From: Laetmonice hystrix
Lineage: Eukaryota
Reading direction: 5' to 3'
Assembly: GCA_965235115.1 (NCBI GenBank)
Contig: OZ249436.1
Location: 40,054,001-40,118,000 of the forward strand
Length of the DNA: 64,000 nucleotides
Shown piece by piece: positions 36,301 through 48,300 of this stretch (the first letter of the stretch is position 1; each line of letters begins with the position of its first letter). Position numbers and translations under genes: made by a program. The notes under the pieces were generated by a model. It was given only the letters and a program-made list of their open reading frames with translations, had not been told where the DNA came from and ran no database searches.

Positions 36301-39300
36301 ATTTACGTAGGAGTCGATGACAGACCGACTGATTCTTTCTATTTTTAACAGGCCAAGATGGACGACAGGGCCCCCCTGGACAAAGTGGCAGTGAGGGGGG
36401 AGTTGGAGGAACGGGTTCGACAGGTCACACAGGTCCGGCCGGGTGGCAGGGGGCTACTGGCCCTCCAGGTCCCAGGGGGTCGATAGGATCATCAGGCGTC
36501 CAGGGTCTGCCCGGCTCTCCCGGTCTGCAAGGTATAATATCCCTGTTTAAACTACGGTGGCCCACATAGGACATGCGAAAAATTTAATATTAATTACGAT
36601 TTTTTTAAATATAATATGATTTTTTCCTGTAAAGCTATTTACTTTTCTCCCGAATTACCACCGCGGTGGGAATAATTACCACCGCGGTGGGAATAGTTAC
36701 CACCGCGGTGGGAATAATTACCACCGCGGTGGGAATAATTACCACCGCGGTGGGAATAATTACCACCGCGGTGGGAATAATTACCACCGCGGGCCTAGGC
36801 CTATTATCTTCTTTCACACATACACTCCAGTGCTTAAGCCTGGGCCTAGGCCTTCAATGAGGATAACACGTAGAGATCTATAGGGTCTACCTAGGCCCAG
36901 GCCAAGGCCTACGCGCATGTATCTTTGCTGTATAGGCCTATGGATTTGTACGCCTATGTGTTTCAAGAAAGCTTCTATGATAGACAGGTGTCCACTGGAA
37001 TTGAAGCCTAGCCCCCAGATTACTGCTTGTGATGCCCCCCCCCCCCCCCCTTTTCATGGCCTTACTAGTACTACGCCCAGGGCCGTGATGGATATCGGTC
37101 TAGGCCCACTCTGTGGCAGAATGAAATTAGGCCTAGCCTAGCCGAAATCAAACAAATTATGCAGAAATCAAACCTATGGTGAAAATACGCTTTCGTCTCC
37201 AGAATATGCCCCCGAGAACGCCCCCCCCCCCCCCCAAAAAAAAAAAAAAGAAAGAAAAGACGGGTCTGAGTTGCTCATGACACGCTGCTAACAATTGCCT
37301 GAGCGGTGCAGTCAGGAGCAGCAGGCTACTCTATTCGTTATAGGGGCCTAAATGCACTGCAATACCAGCCTATCACAGAAGCTTTCCTGAAACACATATC
37401 TCCGGCATTGCATTTTTCGACATGTGATGTTTGATTTGTTTCCACATAAAAGGTTTTTGGCCTATCTGCCTAAAATTTTCACCACAAAATGCCATTAACC
37501 ATATAACATGATGCCCTAAAAATCAGTGACAAACTATGAAAATTGTAGAAGCTATAGCCAAGTACAGAGTGTTCCAGACACAGCGGGACCAACTCTGCCG
37601 AGGACGCCTCCTCCGACATTGCAATTTTTGACATGCAGTTTTTAAAATGGCCCTATTTTTATACATTTTGACCTATATTTATCTGAAATTTGTACCACAT
37701 GCCCCAATTAACCAGATGATATCATGTTCTGAATATTATGAAATTGGGGTAAAAATTATAGAAGTTACAGTCAAGAAAAGAGTGTTCCAAATTTTTAAGC
37801 CCACCCGATATATAGGTCGTGGTTAATCGTAGCGACATCGTAGCGCCATCGTATAGGTGAAATCGTGGAGCTTCTCTCAAGACCACCGACCCATGAATTC
37901 TGGGGCTACGAAGTCGGTATAGATCGTGGTCCAAATCGTGAAGGTTTTTACCTGTCCTTTTCTACACATTGACCAGTCACTCAAAAAGGCTTTCAAAAGT
38001 GCCATGGATTGATCTGTAATGACGTTGCAGGAACAAACGGGGCGACGGGAATCCCAGGACGGCCAGGGAGCGCAGGTCCTCCAGGCCGTGTTGGAGCTAC
38101 AGGAGGCACGGGGCGACCAGGACCTGTCGGTCGTCCAGGAGCTAACGGACAGAGAGGATTTCCAGGCTCTCCGGGCTTCCCGGGCTCCCGTGGAGCATCC
38201 GGGTCAACAGGTACAAGCGTCTGTCCTTCTCAATTCATTTACCACAAAGGTATGGTGATAATAAATCGTGGTGGAAATAGCATTCCTTGTCCATAAGGCC
38301 AAACAAAAAAAAAAGTTTCGTTTCTTGTCCTTTTATATCAAAAATTTGGTGCGGTGACGCGGTTTTTTTTCATCTTTCTTTTTTTTTGGATGCAACTAGA
38401 CAACGGCCGATTCTTCGAATGCTATTGCTGTTGGGTACAGGAAGAAATCTTGAAGAAAAGGCTAAATGCACTGATGTTCAATGTTTTCATTAAAGAATGT
38501 GTAAAACTCACATAAAAAGCAATAAGACTAACAGAAAAACGCCAACGCCAAAGAACCGTTGCAACGTTCTGTCACAGCACTACACTGCCCAACACTGCAG
38601 CAGTCGGATTTGAAAAAAAAAGACTTGACGCGGGGGTTTTAGGTGACGCGCGCGGGGACAAGAAACGAATCTATTTTTTGGGGGCCTAAATGTGGATATT
38701 TTGAACTGCAGTAATTTGTGTTGGGGCTTGATCAGCAGTTTAACCTACACATCGGTGGCTGCCACACCAAGGGTCGGAGTGAACGGCATCAGGTCAGGAC
38801 GGGTAAAGCCGGCCACACACCAAGGAAACTGGGTCAGTCGCAGAGACCGACCAGTTTTAAGAGGGCCACACACCAAGGAAACTGGGTCATCCGACCCGAC
38901 CGGACTGGACAGTTTCCTTGGTGTGTGCGCCCCTACGACCCGACGAGACGGTTTTTGCCAGTCGGCGACGGCCAGTTTTTCAGATTAAACATGTTGAATA
39001 TGAAAGACTGCGACTCCCGACTCCCGACTCGGTGTGTGTTGACAGTCGGCAGTCTTTAGTCGGCTGGGAGGCCAATCAGTGCTCGGCAAAGTACCATGTG
39101 ATGATTCGTGCCATGTGATTCATACAGGCCTAGTGTCCATACGGGAAAAACAGAAGAGGCATGGAAGAAAGTAGCAGCAGAGTTTGAGGAAAAGTGGAAT
39201 TTTCCTCATTGTGTTGGAGCACTGGATGGCAAGCCCATCAGACTCAAACCACCAGCAAATTTCGGGTCCATTTTCCATAATTATAAACTAAATTATATTA

Positions 39301-42300
39301 TTGAAGGACTATTTCAACTCAACAGACGGGGCAGTATCATGGCAGGATAGCATGATTTGTTAAAGTGCCACTCATTTCAACTGGATGAATTTGATCAATT
39401 TTCGATCCTGTACGACCTACTCGAAGTTGCGCAATCACAAACTGTTTACTTTGGTGGTTTGAGCAAAGTTCCACATGGAGCGCTGTAGTTGCACGCTTAG
39501 TATGGAAGATTTCCGGGTGGGGCGCATCCATCGCATCAACGACTGTCAGTCGGGAGTCGGCTCGGTGTGTGCGGGGGGCACACACCTAGTCTTAGCGCCA
39601 TAAAGCCGGCCACACACCAAGGAAACTGGGTCAGTCGCAGAGACCGACCAGTTTTATGGCGCTAAGACTAGGTGTGTGCCCCCCGCACACACCGAGCCGA
39701 CTCCCGACTGACAGTCGTTGATGCGATGGATGCGCCCCACCCGGAAATCTTCCATACTAAGCGTGCAACTACAGCGCTCCATGTGGAACTTTGCTCAAAC
39801 CACCAAAGTAAACAGTTTGTGATTGCGCAACTTCGAGTAGGTCGTACAGGATCGAAAATTGATCAAATTCATCCAGTTGAAATGAGTGGCACTTTAACAA
39901 ATCATGCTATCCTGCCATGATACTGCCCCGTCTGTTGAGTTGAAATAGTCCTTCAATAATATAATTTAGTTTATAATTATGGAAAATGGACCCGAAATTT
40001 GCTGGTGGTTTGAGTCTGATGGGCTTGCCATCCAGTGCTCCAACACAATGAGGAAAATTCCACTTTTCCTCAAACTCTGCTGCTACTTTCTTCCATGCCT
40101 CTTCTTTTTTTCCCGTATGGACACTAGGCCTGTATGGATCACATGGCACGAATCATCACATGGTACTTTGCCGAGCACTGATTGGCCTCCCAGCCGACTA
40201 AAGACTGCCGACTGTCAACACACACCGAGTCGGGAGTCGGGAGTCGCAGTCTTTCATATTCAACATGTTTAATCTGAAAAACTGGCCGTCGCCGACTGGC
40301 AAAAACCGTCTCGTCGGGTCGTAGGGGCGCACACACCAAGGAAACTGTCCAGTCCGGTCGGGTCGGATGACCCAGTTTCCTTGGTGTGTGGCCCTCTACT
40401 GACCGGGCTGGGGCCGAACTGGAGGAATCGCCTTCCCGGACGACCTTGGAATGCCCGCTCTGGCGAGGCTGGGGTGGCCGACCTTCAGTTTGCCTGTCCT
40501 GAGGAGGGGTCGGCCAGTGCGGCTCCACCCCCCCCCCTCCCTTCGTCCAACCTCGGGACAGTTCGGGACAGATCCTCTCGGCCCTCGCACGGTCGTCGCC
40601 ATGTTGGACCTTCTTTTATCACGTGACACAACGTGGTCAAAATGGCAACGGCCGACACACCGACAAAGGTGAAAGACAAGCAGTGTCTGACTTGTTTAAA
40701 GGCAGATCTCCGCTTCATACCTCTGACAAGTAGATTAGACGTCAAAGAAAATCTATTCAGGTCTCTACAGATAGGCCTACTTTTTTAGATGTTGACATTC
40801 CTATTGGCATTGTTTATCGTCAGACGGGGGTCAACGTCTGTCCCACGGACGCGCTGTCTAACTCGGGATTCCCTCGGGATTCCCTCGGGCATAATTATGA
40901 CGTCATTTCTTGTCGATGCAAGCTGGTAAAGTCGTATGATATTTCATAAATACTGCAAAACTGAATGTGTCGCGGATGCTAAGAACGATCGAGACTGCAA
41001 ATCTTCGGAAATTATCCATCTTTCCCGAGGAACAATCCTGCGTTAGGCCAAATACTGATGATCTATGAACTACTTTGCGCACTACGCGAGTTGTGATGTG
41101 CCCAATCCCGTGGAATCTACGTCATATCTCTACGGCTCGCGAGGGTCCGAGACCACAACTAGCGAAGCGTCGCAGGTGTTTCGAATGTCCACGCCCCATG
41201 TCCTCGGCTGACTCCCAACACTTGCTCCTCCTGACGGTGACCGGCGGAAGCAGTCGGGTCGACCGGCGGAGCTCCACCCCCATGTCATCGGCTGAACCGC
41301 TACACTTGCCCCTCCTGGCGGTGACCGACGGAGGTTGCCAGTCCCAATCTCCCATAATGCAGAGGGGGCTCGCTCCACTACCGCTCTGCCACACCTGACT
41401 TTTTACGGGCAAAATCGGGCCCCTGCCCTGCGGCTGCAGATGATTTCTCCGAAGATTTAGATGTTTGTGTGGCATCATATTCTGACAGTCTGCGCCGTAA
41501 AAATAAACAAGAGTGTCTCAGCAAAATCGAGCAACCACGATTCCAGCTCGGCAATGTTCGGCCGCTCCGGTCGGGGATTTCTAGGTCAGGTCAGGGGTCA
41601 CTCAAACGGCAGTACCCAGCCTGTGGCAGAGATATAATGAACGATCTCTGTCCGGAGAGTGTGCCAGTCCATGTCCTCATGTGACATCTCGGACTCGGTC
41701 CTCCTAGCGGTGACCGGCGGAGGCAGTCAGGTCGGGTTCTCGGTCGACCCTCCAACACTGGCGCTGTCTAGTGGCTGACCACCAGCGGAGGTGGGCCGGG
41801 GGTGGGGACAAATGAGGACAGGAGGGCTCCCCCAATATTAGGGTCGGTCGGAGAGGTTGGACAGGAATTGGACGGAAGTTGGATGGAGGTTTCATAGCGG
41901 TTTATGTAAAGGCAATCCGACAGTACACCTCGATGCTACCACGGAGTCGGATTACTGTGTTTTCACAGGATTTTCAAGCTTTTATTACGACGAATGCTCG
42001 AGCAAAGCCCCAACACAAATTGATGAAATTGGTTCATCTGCAAATTATTATGAGGACCAGCTAGGCTAAGGATTCCATTGAGAATTCCATTAAATATCTA
42101 GTTGCTCTGTCATTGTGAAATCTCCTCCTATACCCTATTATAGAAGTAGCTGTATCGGGGATAAAAATGATGGGTCATTTCATATAAATACTTGAATTAA
42201 TTCAATACCCAACTCCACCCTTTTTGAAAGTTGAGATACCACATTCATTTTCAGCGAGTTCATATTCCTGAGTTAAATAATAACCTAACTCCAGGGAGGT

Positions 42301-45300
42301 GCATGGTCAGTGTTCAACTCAGATTCACCTTTACCAAAAGAGGGAGTGACGATCGGTGTTATTGAATTCAGGTACTCAATTGTTTCGGGTGTGGGTGTGT
42401 GTGTGTGTGTTAAGAGAGTCGGCCTAGTTTGTAAGGCAGTGAGGGATCCAGGGGGCTAGGGGGCTCGGGCCCCTCTTAGATTTCCTTTTTCTTCTTTCTT
42501 TTGGATGAAGATGCATTAGCACAGTGGAAATCCCCCCCAAAATAAGATGGGCCCCTTATCAAAATCCTGGTGGTCCCCCCTTATCAAAATCCTGGTGCGC
42601 CCCCCCCCTTTTTATCAAAATCTTGGATCCACCACTGTAAGGGTAGGCCCTATAGGTGACTGAACGTCTGACTCTTGTTGAACCACTGGTAGAGTAACAT
42701 TATGTTCATGTGTTCGCAGGTCGAGGAGGTCAGCCCGGCCGGGATGGTAGACCCGGATCGACGGGTCCCACCGGCCGGACAGGAGCCACGGGAGCGCAAG
42801 GACAACGTGGGGCAGTGGGCGCCACGGGACCGACAGGCCTTCAGGGCCGGGCTGGGGCCACTGGCTCTCCGGGCATACCCGGCCAGTCCGGCCGTGACGG
42901 AAGACCCGGCCAGCGCGGGGCTCCGGGCCCGCAGGGTGACGTATACCTCTTTGGTTTTTGTCAGGGAATAACTGGTTCAAAAACGATCAACTCATGTTTC
43001 CCTAACAGAAAGATCCATGCCTCGTGTAATGGAGCCGTCGTTTTGATGTAAAATGTTGTCGCAGTACTACAGAGACATTCTCTAAAGCCCCCGTCACACT
43101 TTCGCGGATCGCGCGCCGGGTCTTGCCGGATCGGGGCTACGGGCGCATCCGGCATGATCCGTGGTCCGATCCGGCGTGATCCGGGATGTTCCGTAGCTAC
43201 CCGTGGCAACCCTACCGATTCGTAGCGGTCTTTCGATCCGTGGAAAAGTTTTGAACATGTTCAAAACGTTTTCGATTTCGACCACGGATAAAATCGCCGT
43301 AGCGGATCCATAGCAACCCGTAGATGACCCGTAGTAACCCGTAGGCGATACGTAGCAACCCTTAGTGAACACTTAGCGTTTCCCTAGTAAGCCGTGATCA
43401 CGTGATCGGTGATGGATCCACTACGTGTTGTTAGATATCCTTCCCGGGTTGGTACGCATAGTTAAGTATTGGTAGGTATAGGAACGGATCACACAAAGTA
43501 TTGCTACGTATCCACTACGGGTTGATACGGTGTGCTACGGTGGTACCCTACGTATTGTGACGGGTTGGTATGGCTTGCTACGGGTTGCTTCAAATCAAGG
43601 TAGCCAACGCGTGTGGCACGTGGTGACGCTCGCCTATATATTGGCAAGCACCCCAACCTGTTCGATCCGTAATAACCCGTCGGAGATACGTAACAGCCCG
43701 TAGTAATCCGTAGTGGAACCGCATCAACCCGTAAGAGAGCCGTAGTGAGCCATAGTAAGCCGTACCTATACGGAGTAGCCCCGGGAAGCTATCCGTAACA
43801 ATCCTTCTCAACCCGTAACAATGTCGTAGTAACCCCTACGGGAGCCGTGTCAACCCTTATCAACCCGTTCTGGATACGGAGTTTCACGCATCATCGCCTT
43901 TCCAGGTCACGGAAGCTGCCGGATCGCCTTCCGCTACGGATCATTCCAAACCGTCGCTTGATCCGGGAAAGTATGACAGGGGCTTTAGACTATTAATTAC
44001 CATCCTAATTACCATCCTAATTACCATCCCTGTTATACGTACAACTAACCCTTTGATTATATAATATATGGAGATGGGCCTATTAGCCTACACTTTGATC
44101 AACTGAGCAATCCCTATCTAATATAATGACGAAAGCTGCCTGTGTTCAGGTGACCCCGGTGAAAGGGGTCCGGATGGCCAGGCCGGATTTCCTGGAACCA
44201 ATGGAGCAACAGGTAAATAGATTACTAATTACACCCGGCGGATGTGAGGGTCGAATTGCCATGACCTGCGCTCATGCTCCATGTCACACATTGTATGGAT
44301 TCCGGATTGAGGATTCCGAGAAAAAAAAATCGTAAGAAAAATCACATCCATGAGGATTCTTTATATAGTACCAGTCATGAAATGAGCAATAAACTGTGAA
44401 TTATAAAATATTGAACGCGCAAAACATCATAGGGCCTATTGCAAATTTTAAAACCAGTAAACGATGAAGAGATTATAATAGTTCAGTAAATTTAACAATC
44501 TATGTGATTGCACTGCAAGGAAGGACAATTTTGGTTTGTCTGTTTGGTTACCGCGTACCTTTCTACAGTGATCTGGGAAAACCTAGTAAGTCGACTTTTT
44601 GTCCAATTTGAGTTAGTCCCATTTTTGAACTTATTAGGTTTTGCCCTTACATATAGTCCTATACAAGTGATCAGAACTCTACGCAATTCATAATTCTTGA
44701 CCTGGAAAAAAACTAGTGTTTGCAGCACCTTAATGGCAGGAATGGTTGTTTTTCCCAATTTTCTGAAAATGAGGCAAAGTGGACTTGCTAGTTTTTTCCA
44801 GATCACTGTAGCTTTGTTCTCTGCCCCTAAAGGATCTACAGGTCGGCAAGGACCGCGCGGTTTCCCCGGTGAAGCCGGGCCTCCCGGAGCCGGCATCAAC
44901 AGTAAGTTCGAACTCGCAATATGTGGCCATGTTAAGTCGGTACATAAGTTAGCCGTATTCGGTCATTTATACATGGCTAAATAGAAAATAATGCTGCTGA
45001 AATATGAAGTAATATCGCAATGATATGCTATAACTGAAATATGTAATCCAATTACATTAATGTAATATTTTTCCTCTCCCGTGTCCTATTCGTTATAACA
45101 CATGCAATATACAATCGGGAATCCTCGGCCATTTCTTCGAAAGTAGCCTCGGGTGAATTCAGCGCCATTTTGAGCATTGCATCGGCGGTACATTGAGCCG
45201 GGACTCTGGCCATCATGGCAATGCTTGCAGTATCTTGCAACTAAAATATGCCTCTAGTGCTCTTCCCAAAGCCAGTGGGCAATATTGCGATAGTATCATG

Positions 45301-48300
45301 TTCATGATACAAGTAGCCCTACCATGTGTCGTGTTGTTGTCGTTCATGGGCGCGGCCATATTGCTTCCCATAATTTGATACACCTAAATTACCTTATCAC
45401 GCCCATTTAGGTAAATTAGGTGATTCATTTTTCTTCTTCTAACGTTTCCCTTCATTTATTTGCACATACAACGCCGAAGGAGCAGGTTTCAATAATGCAC
45501 TACTTAATTCCTGGCTCGATTGGATATGACGGTTCACTTACTGCCTCGCTACACAGCTCCATTTGGCCATGTATCTGGTTGCCCCAGTGGCGCTCAAATC
45601 ACCCGAGGTATTTCCGAATAGCCGTGACGTCAAATGTCCGAGGAAATCCCGAATGACATGCAATATTGTATTTCAGCTGTGAATGAGTGCGGGATCAACA
45701 ATGGTGGTTGCAGCCAACTGTGCGTGGACACGTATGACAGTTGGTACTGTATGTGTCGGTCCGGCTATGCTATCATCAACCGCGGCTTCGCCTGTAACCG
45801 TAAGTCTATGTTTAGTAAACCTCAGCATTACGTAATGGCACATTGCGCGTAATGGTGGTCTGAGACCTGAGTTTTCATCCTATCTATTTCCGGTAACTCC
45901 ATCTTCTTCCGGTAACTCACCCCTTTCCGGTTCCTCCTCCAGCGTGTATCGTTCACTTCCACGCTGCTCACCCTGAACTCAACACCTGGGTTACTGTTTC
46001 CCTCCCGCCCTCCCCTTTTTATGTTAAATATTCCACTTCTACTGAAGGCCATACAAAATATCTCAACATCATCAACACTCCACCACTACATCTAACCCCC
46101 ACTAAACCCCCAACAATAACCAATATCAATAATCTCTCAACTCAAGTACACGTCCACTTAGGGGCCATCTCAATAATTCACACGTTTTTTTACATTAAAT
46201 CAGTTTAATTTGGAGCCAGACCACCACCCCACCCCCTATCCTAAAGTTTGAAAAACGATGGCTGAAACATACATACAATCATGATTTTGATAACCAATGC
46301 TTAGTTTCAAAATATACGAAATATTGCAGATGTATCTGATGCTTAGAAACAGTTCTCAATTTCTGAGTGGCAAAGGTTTATATTTTGCTCACTGTTTTAA
46401 TTTAGAAAAAAAAACGTGTGTGAACTTTTAAGATGCCCCCTTACGTAATTAAAAGCATTTCATGTGTCTAAACTAGACCTCCCTCCCTCTTTTTTTTGCC
46501 GTGACAGCATCACTGACGTATAGTAAAGGACACATGCAACACGAATCTGCAGTAGAGCTGAAACTTTTCATCGATAATTCGGTGCGTCGCGATATTTTGT
46601 GTCCGCTACGATATACATCCGCACGAATGTCAAAATATCGATACAAAACGATACACGCGAGTCATCTTTTTAGCCCCCAACCTGAAAGTGCGAGGGCTTC
46701 TAATTTAGGCCTACCCTTCGCCCGTACGCTGTCCGTGGACTGCGATATCTCAAAAACGCGTGGTGCAATCCTTTTCTGATATTTTGATAGCTTCCGATAT
46801 GGCCGATTTGTAGCCATGTTGGATAAATAACACATTTCAGGGCATATCTCTACAAACTGAAATAGCGAGGTACTGGATTCTGGCCTTACCCGTACGGTCA
46901 GAGCTCAGGTGCATGACACGATATTGAATTCCTTCTGTCGCAGTATAGACACATATAAACAATATATCTGTGGTATATCATAGATCGTAGGTAAATACTG
47001 TTCGTCCCGACGGCCATAATTGAGAAACATTCGAGACCGAACCTAAAACCCATAAAGTCACATCCACAGAAAAAAAGAGGCAGTCGGAGTGAAACGTGAC
47101 TCTACTCGATAGTAACCATATCGTAAACAGGATCCCATCTAATTTCCAACAGGCGGTCGTCACGTCTATAATATTGTGGCTTCTCCGCCATTTGTAAAGC
47201 CACAGTGGAGGCCTGCCGTGAAATGGGCCTATACGGGTTCGGAAACAACTTGGTCCAATCCCATTCTGTACATGTATATTCTGTTTATTACAGCCACATC
47301 GTTGGCATGTGGCAGAGACGGTTTGGAGTAGGCCTACCGGTGTCTGTGCTTTCTAGGTCTATGCCTGTGCGTCAAAGCCACGCATTCGAACAAAAAGGCA
47401 AAGAACGGTGCCAATAATGCAAACAATAACTGGCTGACTCCCGTCTCACTGACGTAATAATAACTACATGAAGTTTGGATTAATCCGTTACGTTGACAAA
47501 TTAAGGGTAGTCATCAATGGGGATAACGAACTAATTGCACTAATTGCTCCTGTCGTAAAAACGCTGCAGGTTTTTCGTAGTATTTAAGCAGGTGGTACGT
47601 AATCTCCTGTGTTTTACATTTCCTAGGGAACGAAATAATAAGGACGCCAGCGACTGAACTTGATTAGGACGATGGGGTTCCATGCGTTTCCTTCCTTAGA
47701 CCTATTCCATGTATTTTTAAGGGGAAAAATTCATTTCGTAAGTCAAAACTGAATTCGTTCTTCAGACGGAATTCATTTCGTAAGTCAAAATGAATTCGTT
47801 CTTTAGACGGAATTCATTTCGTAAGTCGAAATGAATTCGTATAGACGGTATTCATTTCGTCTCAGATGGAATTCATTTCGTACACCAGGTGGTAGCACCT
47901 TCTTCTTAAAATGTAGGGCTAACAAGTAACAGCGTTTTCTATTGGTTAAGAGGTAGGTGCATGCGTTAAATAGAGTAGTATAGGGCCTAGAGGATGCTAT
48001 AGATTGTCCTAAAAATCAGTTTTAGCGTAAATACACGAATGCTTTCCTTTCTCCGTACCTCGCGCCTGGCATCCACCGGTGGGTCGCCCATGGCCCATGG
48101 GCTAGATCGACCGATTTCGCATAATGCCTGGTACACACTTTTTGCTGCGATTTAAGGTCCTGTGACAATCGCATTGTCGCCACGACGCAAAAAATCGCAT
48201 TAGTGGGGTCAGAGTGGGGTCGTACGATGTTCTTTGCATGCAGGAACCCTCTAACGGAAATTTATTGCAACATCCTGCGACGTCGTAGACCTTCTGCGAT

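Noticed and set aside
39108..39350. Possible host HARBI1-like gene
   Set aside because: Only about 45 aa of the DDE region, embedded between transposon termini and duplicated by the palindrome
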